Of a DNA stretch of 64,000 nucleotides, positions 12,029 through 26,960 are shown piece after piece. The notes below the pieces were generated by a model. The model worked only from the letters and a program-made list of their open reading frames with translations. It had not been told where the DNA came from and did not search any database. Position numbers and translations under genes: made by a program. Origin of the DNA: Camelus ferus (Eukaryota); assembly GCF_009834535.1 (NCBI RefSeq), contig NC_045696.1, forward strand, positions 89,096,001 through 89,160,000, read 5' to 3'. How positions within the stretch are numbered: the stretch's first letter is position 1; every line of letters begins with the position of its first letter.

Positions 12029-12639
12029 TAAAAAGGTCACTTTCCTAGGAGTCCCTTCCTTCTGGGTGGTCTTATTACAGTCTGAGGCTTTTAAGTATGT
12101 AGTTTTATCAGTTTTTATTACAAAACAGGGAATATCTGGTTATATTTTCAACAAGGTTCACTTCCCCCTTATTCCAACTCACATTATACCAATAAACCAT
12201 AAATGTGTTTTGAGTTACTAAAATGTCACATGATTTGGCACAATAGCCATCTTTCAGTTTAGCAGTCAACCTCACATATATAGATTTGAGGCAAAACAGG
12301 ACTAAATCATAAAACTTAAAGAGCTTGTTTAGACTTTTTTTTTTATCAACATCTACCGAATCTTCTTCCTCTGCCTCCTCATTGTCTGTTCAGTACACAT
12401 GAGCTTTCTCTAAGACCCTAAAATTCTTTTAGTATTTTTAGAGTGGAGGGGAGGAGTCAGTGTAATGTTTAGAACAAATTGGGTGTATATAATTTTACCA
12501 ATTATATGGAAGCAAAACAATAATGGCAGTTAAGACAGGTCAGGGTAGGTCAAATGAATGGAAAACCTTTAAGCCTATGTGCAGGATTTGATGTTTGATT
12601 TCAATGTTAAAAGGCAGAATCATTTTCTTCACATTAAGT

Positions 12640-12905
12640 GTAGTGTGGATAAGAAGAATATAGGCTTCTGAGTTCCTCACCTAGGTTTGAACGCTCACTT
12701 ACTTATATATGACTTGGGGCAAGTTATAAAATATCTCAGAGTCTCAGCTTTCTCATCTCTTAGGTGCTATGCTGATACATACTTGATAGGATTGTTGTGA
12801 GGATTAAATAAGTTAAATTGCAAAGTGCATAGGACAGTGCATATAGTAGGCATATTGAGTGCCAAGATAAGTGCTCGATATAGAGTAGTTGTTAGTATTG
12901 CTGTT
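12640..12905 (+). mobile_element. MIR SINE
   Basis: gacttggggcaagtta...tctcagctttctcatct...gttgtgaggattaaataag core. Confidence 0.75.
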
Positions 12906-14785
12906 AAGTATTATTATATCATCTCTATCGGTTAGAGCCAAGGAGTCCAGATAAATGGTATAGAATGACTAGGCCCTGGATAAGGGATCTGGTGCTGGAG
13001 ATGGACTGTCAAGACAAGTATGGAAGTATTGTAAGAAGCAGCATCAGATTTAACAGTTGAGTAGATAGCCAATTTGGAGAGTAAGGACGTAGAAATGACT
13101 TTGAGGTTCCATATTAATAACTTCTGTGTAGATTTGGCTTTACATATTCCATACAGTCAACATGCATTTACATTTTTACTGCATGCAGAATGCTCTGCTA
13201 AGAACTATGGAACAACAAGAAATAGAAGAATTTGGGCAGAGGGAAGAAGCTGAGAAAGAGGACTGGCTTGACTGCCTTTGGTCAGAGTCCTTCCATACCA
13301 CTTATACTCTGCAAATGTGCTTTGAAATTCTGCAGCAAAAATCGGCAAGATAATCTTTTAGTTTATAGTTGTGTGATTTCTTTAGATACCTGTAATTAGG
13401 CTTATATAAATGAAACTTAGGAAGATGGTGATGTCACCATTGATAAATTAAGTTATAGTTTAGTGGTGCAGTAGAACCTTTGGCTCAGGAGTTAGTGGAG
13501 GGAAAGAAAAGTATCCATTGCCAAAATTCAGCTAGAGTTAAAGTATAATTAGTAACAGTGCAAATCTTCTATTCCTTTTGGAAAACGAAAGCAGCAGCAG
13601 TTCTCCTTGGGCATAAATACATACTCAAATTTGGATTGTTGACAAAAAAGAATGCTTATTTAATTCTTGCTTGTAGAATACAGTTCGAAAGTATATACCT
13701 CATTTCCCTTAAGAGTTTGAGGGACTCTTCTAAGGACACAGAACTTGGTTTCATACTGAGGAGACTTCTATTTATTTAGTCACTGAGTGAGAATATGCTG
13801 CATACTTACTACAGCCCCGGCACTATGCTAGGTGTAAGGTATTCAGAGTGAAACAGAACATAAATCCTGCCTTCAAGGGGCTTACTGTTCAAAGGAATTT
13901 CACAAAATGCCTAATACATTAAGAAATAATTGAAAACTGTATATGCATTATATGTAGTATCTAAATATATGTAATATGTAATTGATATCCTAAATTACAG
14001 TATCAGGAAATTTTCAATCATATTTTGTTTCTAAATTTTGATATGTAAAATTTTATTTTTTTAGCTTTAAAATGAAACTCTTGAGAATCTCTGCATGTGT
14101 GTATCCATATATATCTGTATCTGTATACATTATTTTCATCATTGTGGTTTATTTCAGGACATAGGATTAATTTAGCAGTAAATTGTGAAAATTACTGCTT
14201 ATCAAAACATTTGTTTTTGAGTATGTATTTTTATATATCTTGAGTAAAGCAAGCTATGAATTACTGCTTATTCTTGGAGCTTATTTGACCCTAATTTAAT
14301 ATTTTATTCTGTATACGTTAAGAACAATAGAGTGGGAAGGGTCTATAGAGAGGGCCCTCAAAATCAACCACTCTTTGATGCACAGTTATTTGGCTCAGAT
14401 ATTAAAATGTACCATATAGTCTTCAAGAAAAATTTGGATTCAGCTGAGTTTTGGAATACATAACATATTCGTTCTGTTATTATCCCACAAATGTCAAGCT
14501 TGGAATAGTTTAACAGCAAGTGATTTCCATCTGGAATCCAGGCAATTGAGGAAATTTATAAAGATGTAAGTTATATAGTGGATATCAGAGTATGACATGC
14601 TTTCCTTAGTTTACACTGGAAATGAAACAAGCAAATAGGTTATGCATAATGGCTATGAAAGGAAGATAGGAACCTTCTCCAAGAAGACAAGAGTATCATT
14701 AGAAAGAAAAAAAAAGTCTTTTCTTATTTAAAAAACTTTTCAGTGCTCTTGAAGTTATAATTAATGTCATTTGTTTTTCTTATAG

Positions 14786-14887
<102 letters not shown>

Positions 14888-15611
14888 TGAATGTATCACC
14901 TGGTTTAAAGAATTGAATTTCAGTGAAAAGTATTTAACATATAAGAATAGTCTTTTAGTCCTTCACTTTAGCCATATCTTTTAACACTGATGACTTAGCA
15001 AGTTGTTATTTTATAATTTTAAGTGGTATTTTGAAGTGTTGCCTTTCTCATTGGCCTATTTCATTGACCTATAGAATTTGATTTAAAGAGTAGCAACATA
15101 AATATAATTCCTAGCTTTAGTGACTATTTAAGTCAAATCAATTTAAATTTTAAAAAGTCAACCTTACTGGTTTATTAAACATTAATCAGCTTCAGGAAGA
15201 AGAAGAATAAGATTTAATGTAACTAAGGTTAGAGGAAATGTAATTGAAATAAATACTTTCAGGGAAAGTTGATAGAGCATTTATTGGACAGAAAAATTTA
15301 AGCAGAAAACTGAACATCTCAAAACTTTGTTATTTAATTTGAAAGTACTCAAGGTTTTATGATTAAAGACTTAGTAAAATCTGAAGTTATCACAATGTTA
15401 CCATAACATTTTTTTTGAGATATTTTGGTTCAAGGAATACAGCGTCCCTTCCCACCTCCACCCCGCCTTGTTTGATGGTAAAGACATACAATTGCTAATA
15501 TTATAAAGTAATGATTTCTAAATATTTACTTGGTACTTTACTGGAGGGCAAACTTGTTTGTAATAGCATGGTGACTATTATAAAAATTTTTTAAAAATTT
15601 GCTTTTTGTAG

Positions 15612-15749
15612 GTATGGGATAGTTACGGCCGCCCTCTGTACAGTTCACAACCTCATGAGCATCCGATTACCTCAGTTGCCTGGGCTCCAGATGGAGAATT
15701 ATTTGCTGTTGGATCGTTTCATACTTTACGCTTGTGTGATAAAACTGGG
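15612..15749 (+). CDS. IFT80: IFT80 exon 8, 138 nt, phase 0-0
   Basis: tttttgtag| ... GGG|gtaagt; [46 protein letters not shown]. Confidence 0.97.
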
Positions 15750-18539
15750 GTAAGTTATGGTGGTGAGCAGTCACACATGTGCTGTCATAAATGTGGTAAT
15801 GCACAACACACCTGGCTCTCAATCTTTAAAAAACATTTTCAGTGATGCATTTGACCGCATCTTTCTGATTTGTCTTCTTAATATACTGGTTCAATCAATT
15901 CCAGATTTATGGGACCATGCAAACTCTTTTAAGTTCAGTTTGAAAAATGGGTATGTTCTCTACTATTTGTCTCTCTGGAAATACTTATTTTAAGCATGAT
16001 TGTGAAAGATGGTGAAGTAAGTATTAAAATTTATGCCCAGTCAATATAGAGAGTTCAGTTTTGAAATTTTTTTTTTAACTGTCAGTATGTTTCATACAAA
16101 AATTTTGGTTGCATATTTTTGGTAAGAAATTGATAGTAAACTTTTTAAATGGTCATTTTAAAATCAAAGGACTTTGGTTTTTGTCAAGAATTCATATTTG
16201 AATGTGTGCGACACTTTGCCCTCACAAGAGAATATGCCCTCTATACAAATTATGTTTAGAGTTTAGGCAAACAGCCAAGCTCAACAGCATTTACCCATTG
16301 TACTTGAAGAATGAATTTTTTCTTCAAAGTGCTCCAGAGGCAACAGCATTACATGAGTGGGACTATGCCATACTATTCTTTACTATGAAGAAATCACATA
16401 ATTGTTTTTGGCTTATTTTCCTAAAGTGCAAAAGGAGACGGTTAATTTAGAATTTTTAGAGCTTTATAAACGACCTATTAAGTTTTCTTGTTACTTGTTT
16501 TCTGTCTTATGAAAGATAAAGTCCTCTGCCTGATTTTGAAGCTCTCTGAAACCTGGTACCATAAAATCTGTTGTCTTTTCTCCCCACAACTCCCTAATTA
16601 GTGTATGTGCTCAAATCAGACTCTGGAGTCTTCTGTGCCCCTCACTAATGTCCTCACTCATCTTCTCTTTTCATGGGATGCTTTCACCTCTTATGCTTAA
16701 TGAATTCTTCCTATTCTTTAAGGCCCGTCTCATATTTGACTTCCTTTCATGATACCTTCCATAGATAATCCAAAGTTTATTTGTCTATTTTTCTAGCTTC
16801 CTCCCACCTAGATCTCTTTTCTTAGTTATAACATCAGATGTTAAGTTAGATCACTTCATTTTCATCTGATTTTCTATCAATGATTCTAAGCCTATAGAAT
16901 ATATACTCTCATTTTTACAGTGTATTATGCTCTTTTATTGTCCATTTTCGTATTATGTATATTATTTTTGACTCCATAGATAGTTTATAAGATCCCATAG
17001 CTTAATGATCCTCTATTACCTGTACAACATGGTAGATACTCAATAATTCACTAATAAGTCAATTTAAGCATAATAATTTTAATTTGTCATTTTGATGAAA
17101 GTATTTAAAAATTTTAAAAACATGCAGCATTGAATTGATCTGAATAACTGAATTAAAGATTTACTTAAACACCAAACCTATTTTTAGAATGTTAACTATT
17201 CTGGAAAAGTAAACTTTCTAGAAGGATTTTGCTTTTACCTTGTTCAACTGAACATACTGACTACATTGTAATAATTTTTTAGGACCTGAGATTAACATTT
17301 TAAATATATTTTCTTTTATTCAGTAGGCATCAAATATATACTATTCATCAGAGAGTATTTTAGAAACTGGGGATGGAAAGCTATTAAGATTTTCACTCAA
17401 GTTGTTAGCAGTCTAGCAGAGAATCAGACTGTAAGACTATGGAGATGCTATACAAGAGGTTGTTTTGTGCAAGCCCAGTAAAGGCGTGGCAGAGCCTAAC
17501 TCTGCCTGTAGGACATTGACTGGAGAGCTGAGGCTTGACATTTGTAGTTCTCCAAGGAGACAAGTTGGGGGAAGAGAGATGTAGGCAAAAGGAACCTCAT
17601 GTGTATCAAAGAAAGTATGGTGCTTTTTGTGCAGTGTCAAAAAGGTTTTGCATGGGATGGTACCAGGAAATAATACAGAAAAGATATTCTCAGACCACAT
17701 CTGTGTTTGCCACCTGATAGAGTCTTGATTTTCCTATTTTAAAATCTAGTTATTTTATGTGGAGCCCTGTTAGGGGTTACTATGGGGTAGAAAAGAGATA
17801 AGGAGGTTGAGCCCCTGGTCCTCCTCCACCTGCAACCAGACAGAAACTGGATGGTAATTTTATAATACAAGCCTTAAAGAATGATGTTGCTAGAAGCTTT
17901 CAGATTGTCTGTGAAATAATAAGCCTAGAAAAATGTGATTTTTGTAAACATTTCCTTTTAATGTTTTTCAAGAAATATTTCTAGTGGGGAGGAAAAAGAT
18001 CAAATGGTTGGAGGCTGTTAAATAGGTTTTGATTTGAATGTATTTCTTACTATGCATGTTTATAACTAGACTGACTCCCTCCTGTCTGTAATCCTACCCC
18101 AACTCTTGTTGAGGGGGGTTGGGTGCTGCCTTTTTGCTGTCATTAGTGCAAACTGGGGATGGTAGATGAGGCCCCACTTCATAGTCTTCACAGCGGTCAT
18201 TAGGGAGGGCCACTGCTTTGGTATTACAGGGCTGGAGTGATCTGACAGGCTCTATCTCCCAGTGTCTACAGCACTGCTAGGGATTTGGGGGTAGAGAGAA
18301 GATGCTGCCTCTGCTCACTTGAGTGCAGAGTTGAAATGTTCCACAGGGCTCCATCCTACTATCTCCATGGCACACAGTGCCCGGTAGGGAGAGTGCGATA
18401 GTTTCTTTCATGGTGTATTCCTGGAGTAGGGTCCTTATGGCAAAAGGATTCTGTCCTGCACTGCAACCCTTCTCTGGCCCCTTGACCAGAGAATGAGCGT
18501 TACTTGGTGCTTATTTTATCTCACATACTACTTGGAGTT

Positions 18540-20750
18540 AATATAATACCATTTCATGTAAAATATGAGAACCTTGCATCCATGTAATTCCATTTCCCCA
18601 CCTCTGTAGTTGTATTACATCTATCACTGTATGTTACAATTTTTGCTTTAAAAAGTCATATTCATTTTAAAGAAACTAAGAGAAAGAAGATAGTCTTTAT
18701 ATTTATCTACATGTTTAGCATTTCTAGTGCTCTTCATTTCTCCAAGAAGATCCTAATTTCCATTCGATACAATTTTCCTTCAGCCTAAAATCTTACTTTA
18801 AGCATATCTCATAGTATACAATTGCTAGTAATGAATTTTCTTTCTTTTTGTTTATCTGAAAATGTTTTTATTTTTCTCTTCAGTGTATTTACCATTCTGG
18901 GTTGACAGACCTTTTTTCCTTTCTTTTTTTCAACACTTTGTTATTTATTTTGATGGAGATACTGGGGATTGAACCCAGGGCCTCATGCATGCTAAACATG
19001 CACTCTCCCACTGAGCTATACCCTCTCCACCTCTTTCAGCCCTTTAAAGTTATTGTTTCACTCTCTTTTGGTCTTTATTGTTTTTGATGAGAAATAAGGG
19101 ACTATTGGTATCATTGCTCTCCTGAATGTAGAGTGGCCTTTACCAGTGACAGCTTTACAGATTTTCTCTTTGTCTTTGGCTTCCAACAGTTTGATAGTGT
19201 CTGACTTTCTTTGTATTTGTCTTGTTTGAAGTTCTCTATGCTTCTTGAGTTTGTAAATTTATGACTTCAGCAAACTTATGGAAATTTTGGCCATTATTTT
19301 TTCAAATAATCTTTTTCTTCTCCATTCTCTATTCCCTGCTGGAAGTCCAATTGCAAATTTTTTAGACCTTTGATACTGTCCCACAGGTCAAGGCTCTATT
19401 CATATTTCTTCAATCTTTTGTCTCCCTCAGATTTCTAAATGGATAATTTTTGTTGATCTATCTTCAAGTTTACTAATTCTTTCATTAGTCATTTCCAAAC
19501 TTCCCATAAGCCTATTCAGTGAATTTTAATTTCAGATATTATATTTTTCAATTCTAGAATTTCTATTTGGTTGTTTTTGTAGTTCTTATTTTTCTCCTGG
19601 GATTTTCTTTGTTATATATTCAAAACATATTTTTCACTAAGGCCTTGGTTATAATAGCTGCTTAAAAATCATTGCTAATTCTAGCATCTTGTCATCATTG
19701 CCTTTTCTCTTGTGGCATTTTTGTTGTGTCTTTGTATAACTAGTGATTTTGAATTGTATTTTGAACATTGTGAACAGTACTTGGTAGAGACTCTGGATTC
19801 TGTTATGTTTCTCTAAAGAGTAATGATTTTTCTGTATGTGTTAACAGGGAAGTAACTTGGCTGAACTTAAACTTCAGGTTCTGTCTCTTCTGTGGTGGGA
19901 AGATGAATTCTCTTATGATTTTTTTTCTTTCTCGAATTTTCCTCTCAATTTCTAGCTCTTCTGGTCACCTTGAACTTTGTCCTCTGATTCCTCTGCCAGT
20001 GACAGTAGCTTTCTATCTGACATTTAGCCATCATGCTTGGTACCAAGGAGGGCCTGCTCTCAGGTAAAAGGTTGTTAAAAAAAAAAGAAATTCACTAAAT
20101 ACTGTTCCCTTTCAACCATTGACTCCCCTCAAGTTTCTGCCTGCTTTTTTAAAGCAGCTTTATTGAGATATAATTCACATGCTATACATTTTATCCGTTT
20201 AAAATGTACAGTTTACTATTTTTTCAGTAATTCATAGGGTTATGCAGTCACCACCACACTCTGAACATTTTCTTTCTTTCTAAAAGGAATTACGTATTCT
20301 TTTACTGTCAGTCTCTATTTCTCCCTACTGTACTCCCAGCCTCTGGCAACCACTAATTTACTTTCTTTTTCTGTGGATTTGTCAATTCTGGCCATTTCAT
20401 ATACATGGCATAATACATTATGTGGCCTTTTGTGACTATCTTCTTCCACTTAGCATAAATGTTTTCAAGATTCATTCAAGTTGTATCATATATCAGTACT
20501 TCATTCCTTTTTATGGACAAACAATATTCTATTTTATGAGTATAACACATTTTGTTTATCCATTCATCAGTTGGTAGTCATTAGAGTTGTTTCAAATTTT
20601 GGTTATTTTGAGTAAAGCTGTTATGAATGTTTTTAAGTTTTTGTGTGGACATACGCTTTCATTTCTCTTGGGTGTATTCTTAGGAGTGCACTTACTGGGT
20701 TAAATAGTAATCTAACTTTTTGAGGAATTGCCATTTTTCCAAAATGGCTA
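18540..20750 (-). mobile_element. Stack of old L1 fragments; an L1MB-like 3' end at ~20145-20750
   Basis: cagctttattgagatataattcacat...ggcaaccactaattta...ccattcatcagttg L1 3'UTR antisense; upstream degenerate L1 sequence. Confidence 0.7.
18912..19030 (-). mobile_element. tRNA-derived SINE, vic-1-like
   Basis: gatactggggattgaacccagggcctcatgcatgctaaacatgcactctcccactgagctataccc. Confidence 0.85.
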
Positions 20751-22383
20751 TCTGCCTGCCTTTGATTGCTCTTCAGTCTTCAGGTAGTGTTGTATTTTGT
20801 CTGAAGTGAACAGGTGTTATTTGTGAGAAGGCTGATCTGATAGCAGCTGTTCTGCCATGATCCTTCTTTATATATCAAAATTTATTTTAAATAATTGATT
20901 ATGAGTTTTTAAAAATCAGGTCTGCACATTTGAGAGCTATACTGACGACTGCAGTGATTCTCAAGTTTCAGGAAAGCGAGAGAGCTACCTGCTTGAGATT
21001 TACCAATTAAGAAATTGTCTAGGAAAATAACAAAATGACATGAATAGTCAGTTAACAGAACACATTCAAGTGGTCAATTAGAAATATGAAAGGATATTCA
21101 ATTTAACTAAGGAATAAATATAAAATAAAGAAATAATGATGTATTTTACTTTATTGTTTGAAAAGATTGATAATGACTTAAAAACCTTAGATTCACTTGA
21201 GGAGGAAATGAGCTCCCCCATTTACACACTGTTGGTGGGAATGTGGGCTGATTTAACCTTTTTAAAGCATGGCTTGATAATGCATATCCAGATGTCAGAT
21301 ATACATCTGCCTTGTCCTAGTAATCTCACGTCTAGGAATTTACTCTAAAGAGATCATTGGACAAGTACACAAAGATAAATGTATAACAATTTCATCACAG
21401 TATTATAATAGTGAAAATCAGAAATAAATTGTGTATACAAGTAGAAGGCTGATTGGGTTATTATTCTATATACCTAAAATGGAGTGCCCTCAACTCATGA
21501 AAAACGGGAAAGAGGGATTATGTTTAATAACCTGGAAAGCTGTCTATGGTAAGTTATTTAGTAAAAAGACCCAGTTGTAGGAGAGCATATATTCAGTATC
21601 TTCAATAATGGGTTTCACGCAAATAAACATAACAGTATAATGCCATTTCCCACTCATCAGAAAATGGGAAATGGCCTCATAAAGCATTAAAGGGAATATT
21701 AGTTGGTACAGCTCTTCTCAAGTATACTTTGGCAAAATCTGTCAAGATCCTTGAAATCTTTGACACAGCTATTATAGTTTCAAGGAAGTTTAAAAATGCA
21801 TATTCATTTGTTCATTTATTTTCATATTCATTAATTCCTTTGCAAATATTTATTGAGTCTGTGCTAGGCATTTGCCCTAGGTGTTAAATAAACAGCGGTA
21901 AACAAAATAAGTTCCCTGCTCTTAACAGTTTTCATTGCAGTAGATGAAAGACTATAAACAAACAAACAAACAAATAAACAAAATGAATATATGATATATT
22001 AAGTAGTAATAATTGCTATTAAAAAAAGCTAGGTAAGGGAGATGACGTTATTTTAGGTAAACTGGTCAGGGAATATCAGACACAACCTAAATATACATTA
22101 ATGAGTTGTTAAAACAGTAAATTATAGTTCAAGTAAATTACTTATGGAATAAAGAAAAACTATAGTACCATAATTTTTCCCTAGGTCCTATAATAAATTT
22201 TATTTTTACCTTGGATTTTTAAGAAATGTATGATTCAGATACATAAGGTAAAAAATTTTAAATTAACATAGTTATTGTAAATAAATATACAGAATATATT
22301 AATGAATTTCATTCTATTACATTAAGTGGAACAGAATTCAAGGGAAAAGTTGTGACTATATAAGGTATCTTTGGCCAGATTTT

Positions 22384-22688
22384 TTTTATTATAGTATACC
22401 TGATGTACAATATTATATGTCACAGGTGTACAGTATAGTGACTCACAATTTTTAAAGGTTATACTCCATTTATAGTTGCTATAAAACATTGACTATATTC
22501 CCTATGTTTTTTTTTTTTAACATTTTTTATTGATTTATAATCATTTTACAATGTTGTGTCAAATTCCAGCATAGGGCACACTTTTTCAGTTGTACATGAA
22601 CGTATATATATTCATTGTCACATTTTTTTCTCTGTGAGCTACCATAAGATCTTGTTCCCTATGTTTTATAATATATCCTGGTAGCTTC
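22384..22688 (-). mobile_element. 5'-truncated L1 (TSD ctttggccagatttt) containing a nested younger L1 3' end at 22511-22654 (TSD ttccctatgtttt)
   Basis: Both TSD pairs are visible (22369-22383/22689-22703; 22498-22510/22655-22667), each element with a poly(T) head. Confidence 0.9.
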
Positions 22689-25307
22689 CTTTGGCCAGAT
22701 TTTATATTAACTGATGTTGTTGCTTTTATTTATCAGCAGGTGGTGCTATTGCTTATATAAGAGAGAACTTTTTTTTATTTTCTCTGTTCTTGAATATTTA
22801 GTTAGTTACTATGATAAAAAGACTTCCCTCCATTCATTCGTTCTTCCATTCAGTTGAAATAATTACAGTGATTCATTGTCTGCAGTAACTGGTTATTGCT
22901 ATATGTAACTTTTCATTGTCAACTCATGTAATTTAAGACAGCCTGCAATTTGCTAATTCCTGGTATATTAGAGAGAATATTGATCTTAAAAATCGTTAGT
23001 GTGCCTTAAAGAAAAATAAGAAAGTTTGTATCTATTTTATTTTCTACTTAAACTTAATGTGTGAACACACAGTTTTATGAGTTGAATTAATCCAGCTTGG
23101 CTAAAGACATATGCTTTTGAGAATCCTTTTACTCTACTGTATTTATATAGAAATAGTAAAAAGAAGGGTGAAGTTGACATTTGGGAGGTATTTTTAAAAG
23201 TTGATACAGTCAAGTCATGTTTTTTAGTTTGAATAGCTCTTATTTCCCTATTGGGAAATAACCTCTATGCCTAAGCAATTTGACAGAATACAGGGGGAAA
23301 AATGGTATTCTCCCCAAAGGGATGTAATATCCTTTAACAGGTGAGCACATGTAAAGACTCATTCTCAGTTGTTCTCTGTGCTGTGCTACCTAGTATGATT
23401 GCTTATTTATTTTATTTGAATGTAGGAGTAGTATTGGTATGTTCTCAAAGCCTTGGAGTCAAGACTCGGTGGTGAATTTACAAAGTTAAAGGCCTCTCCT
23501 GGGCCTTCAGGTTCTTCATCTGCTGATAGAAGGGCTGGGCTAGGTGCCATGTCTCTCCTTGCAGCTCCACAGCTCCATGATGCCTTCTCCATGGGCACTA
23601 GGCATACTGCTTGCTTCCTCTCCTGAGTAGTATTAGTGTGGTATTTGTTTTTTAATACATACCTGCATTTTTTAATTGCATTTGTATTTTAATACAAGGT
23701 TTCTATAGGAAGAAGTAGCACTGTACATGATATGCCAAAAGTGGGAAAAACTCAAGCAGTGCTAGAGAAGTGTGGCTGATCCTATAACTTCAAACTTATT
23801 CTAAATTTTATTATAATTGGATGCAAGTAGCAGAAACCATTAAGCAAAAAAGAGAGATTGGCTATAAGGTTATAGGGTTATCTTCCAGAAGCCAGGACAA
23901 GGATATAGCTAGGCCTCAGTAACCAGAAACTGGAGTGCTAAGAAAACACAGAAAGTAGTCCCTTTGTGCCTTTTGCCTCTGCTTTTCTCTGTATATCACT
24001 CTTTTTTTTTTTTCCTTTCCCAGCAAACTGACTCTCCCTCACCCCCTCCCTCGGCCCTGCTTTACCTGCTGGAAAGTGATCAGTGTTAATAGCTCTCAAG
24101 GGTACACCTCCTCTGTTCAAGTAGCCAGACTGAGATAAGAATCTTAGTCTTAGTTTTAAACACCCCCAGGGAAGGGTCACTGGCCCAGCCTAGGCTGGGT
24201 ACTCACGCCTGGTCTACTGAGATATGTCCAGGCAGGTCGAGGCGTGTTGTATGAACATGGCCATCGGGACCCTAATGCAGTAGTAGTCTTAGGGATTGCT
24301 GGAGAGGGCCAGGTCCTAGAAAATGGAGGAGGGAGGCAGCCAACCCAGTAGTTTGCCATTTGTGTTTCAGAGCCGCCTTAGCATAATTTGCCAAAAGTTT
24401 TCAGTTTAATCCTCTGAGAGTTTTTCTTCCTAGATGAGTACATTTCTGCCTTTATAATGAAAATTAGAACTGTGTTTTCAGATTTGCTATAAAACTAACT
24501 TTGCTGGAAACCATAACGCCGTAAAGTATAAACCATAAAGTAAGAGAACTAAGCTTCCTTTACAGTATAAGACCTTGTTGTCCAGCATTGAGAAACTTGG
24601 CAAGCAGTACAAAATCAGAGTTCTGTCTCTTACAGAATTTACTTTGTTTTTTTAAAACCAACGCCTAACATATAGTAGGTTTTCCATAAATGTTGCATTT
24701 TAATGGATCATTGTACAGACAAAATATATTATCTTGGTTTTGAATGACTTACATTAACTAACTCAATTGATGTAACAATAACATACATTATAGCATTTTG
24801 ACTAGTTTTACTAGTATTGATCCAGTTAGTCAGTTTGGTTGATGTTTTTGAGACGCCTGTTTTAAAATTTGTAAACCTTTGGCTTTTAATTTGTTCATGT
24901 GGATTTTTTTTTTAAGTCATATTTGGTTGAAGTCATGGTTTAGCTCTGGGAAGGAAGGCTTGCCTAAGGGCACAGACTGATTCATTCATTCGTATATTCA
25001 TTCATCCATTCAACAGATATTCATATGTGTTAGGTTCTGTGTGATGCTCTGGCTGTTCAAATAACAACCATACCTGTAGCTCACCCTCTTTTCAGAGTAC
25101 TGATATGTAAACAGATAATGAAATAACACATTTAATGACAAAGCTTACAATATTGTGGGAGAATAAATAACAAATAGAATCATGGTAAATTTTCAGGTAT
25201 TTTTATACTTATTTTTGATGAGGCTAAACTTGATTAAAGTAAACTTCCTCCCTGGTGGAATAACTTAAAAACATTAAAAAGCCTTTTTTTTAAATGACTA
25301 ACAAATC

Positions 25308-25335
25308 GTGTGTGTGTGTGTGTATGTGTGTGTGT
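25308..25335. repeat. (TG)n microsatellite, interrupted
   Basis: gtgtgtgtgtgtgtgtatgtgtgtgtg. Confidence 0.9.
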
Positions 25336-26380
25336 TTTCATCAAGAAGCACAAATTTGAATTTGCTTCTTTCTGATTTCTTTCTGATTTTGGTACCTAAA
25401 AATCTAAATTTAATTCTCTGTCTAGAAGCACAGAATTTTACTTCTGTTTGACAAATGTTCTTTAGATGTGCAGATGCGAAAATCACGCAGAAGCTCCTGT
25501 TATACGTGGGCCATTCCAGCTATGACTCCTTGCACACAGTGTGTCATTGTTCCTCCACCCTCTATGTGGGGGAGAAGTGATGGTTTCCTCTTCTAAAATC
25601 TCTTCTATATTTTTACTTATAAATACCTCATAAATCAAACTTCAGTATTCACACATTCAGATTAGTCATTGCCAGAGATCCCAATCATGTAAAAGATTTT
25701 ATTTTGATTTAAGAAAAGATGTTATTTCCTTTTATTTCACTGTCTTTAGTTAAATTGCCTTTCTCTAACTCACTCTTCCTTCTTTTTAAGAATTCTGCAG
25801 ATTTTTTTCAGACCAGTAGTCCCTATCTAATTATTTGCAGTATCTTCTGTTAGGGGCTATAGATTTGACAATTTAAAATTGCTCCTTAAGGACTTTCCCC
25901 TCAGTGTTCTATGATTGTCCATATTTTCTCTGAGGAAGGCTCTGTCTCATAGTCTAATTTTTCATACAATTAGGAAATATTCATGAAAAGATGATAGCTT
26001 TCTTTTAATATAATCTCAATGCTTTTTGTACAGTTCACATGGTAGAATATTAAATGCATATTTGGCTTGATGTCATAAACCCCTTTTGATTCTTTTTTCT
26101 TTCTAAAAGCAACTTGTTCAAAATTTAAAACAAAAATTTTATATCCTTGATAATTCAGTACAAATTGAATGATCCCAAGATCCAAGACCACTTGGTGACA
26201 ACATTGTCAAATTATTGTTTAATTTTTTGTGAATAAGCCTTTTGAAAGCCCAAACCACAAACCCCAACCTACTTTTTAGAAGTGGTAAAAGTATTGTTTT
26301 GTGTGTTTATGCTTATATCTGAATCTTTAGGAAAAAAAGGGAATAAGCTTTTAAAATCCCCAAATTGACTGCTATGATTT

Positions 26381-26960
26381 TGTTGTAGGTCAAGTAGTGG
26401 GCCCCCAAAGATACCCATGTCCTAATCCCCAGAACCTGTGAATATGTTACTTTAAATGGCAAAAGAGACTGCAGATGTGATTAAGGAATGGACCTTTAGA
26501 TGGTAAGACCATCTTGGATTATCCAGTTTGGCCCAAACTAATCACATGAGTCCTTAAAGCAGAGAATCTTACCAACCTGGATTGGAGGATGAAGGAGGAG
26601 GAGACATTCAAAGTAAGAGCAACTCAACATGCTGTTTCTGGCTTTAAAGATGGGGAAAGGGGACCACAGCCAAGTAATGCAGGTGGCCTCTAGAAGCTAC
26701 GAATGGCCAGCATGGAAATAGGAGCCTCAGTCCTGTGACTGTCAGAAAGTGAATTCTGCTAACATCCTGAGTGATCAAGGAAATGGATCCTCCCCCAGAG
26801 CCTCCAAAAAGGAATGCAGCCTTGCCAAAAACACCTTTATTTTAGCTTAGTGAAACCCATGTTGGATTTACAACCTTTAGAACTGTAAGATAATAAATTT
26901 GGGTTATTTTAAGCCTCTAAATTTGTGCTGATTTGTTATAGCAGTAATGGAAGACTATCT
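26381..26960 (+). mobile_element. MLT1D-like MaLR solo LTR
   Basis: ggcccccaaagatacccatgtcctaatccccagaacctgtgaatatgttac...agaactgtaagataataaattt...tttgttatagcag. Confidence 0.85.

Noticed and set aside
23407..23598. 63-aa minus-strand ORF with protein-like composition
   Set aside because: No recognisable homology or supporting splice structure; the sequence resembles an old hAT/MER relic.
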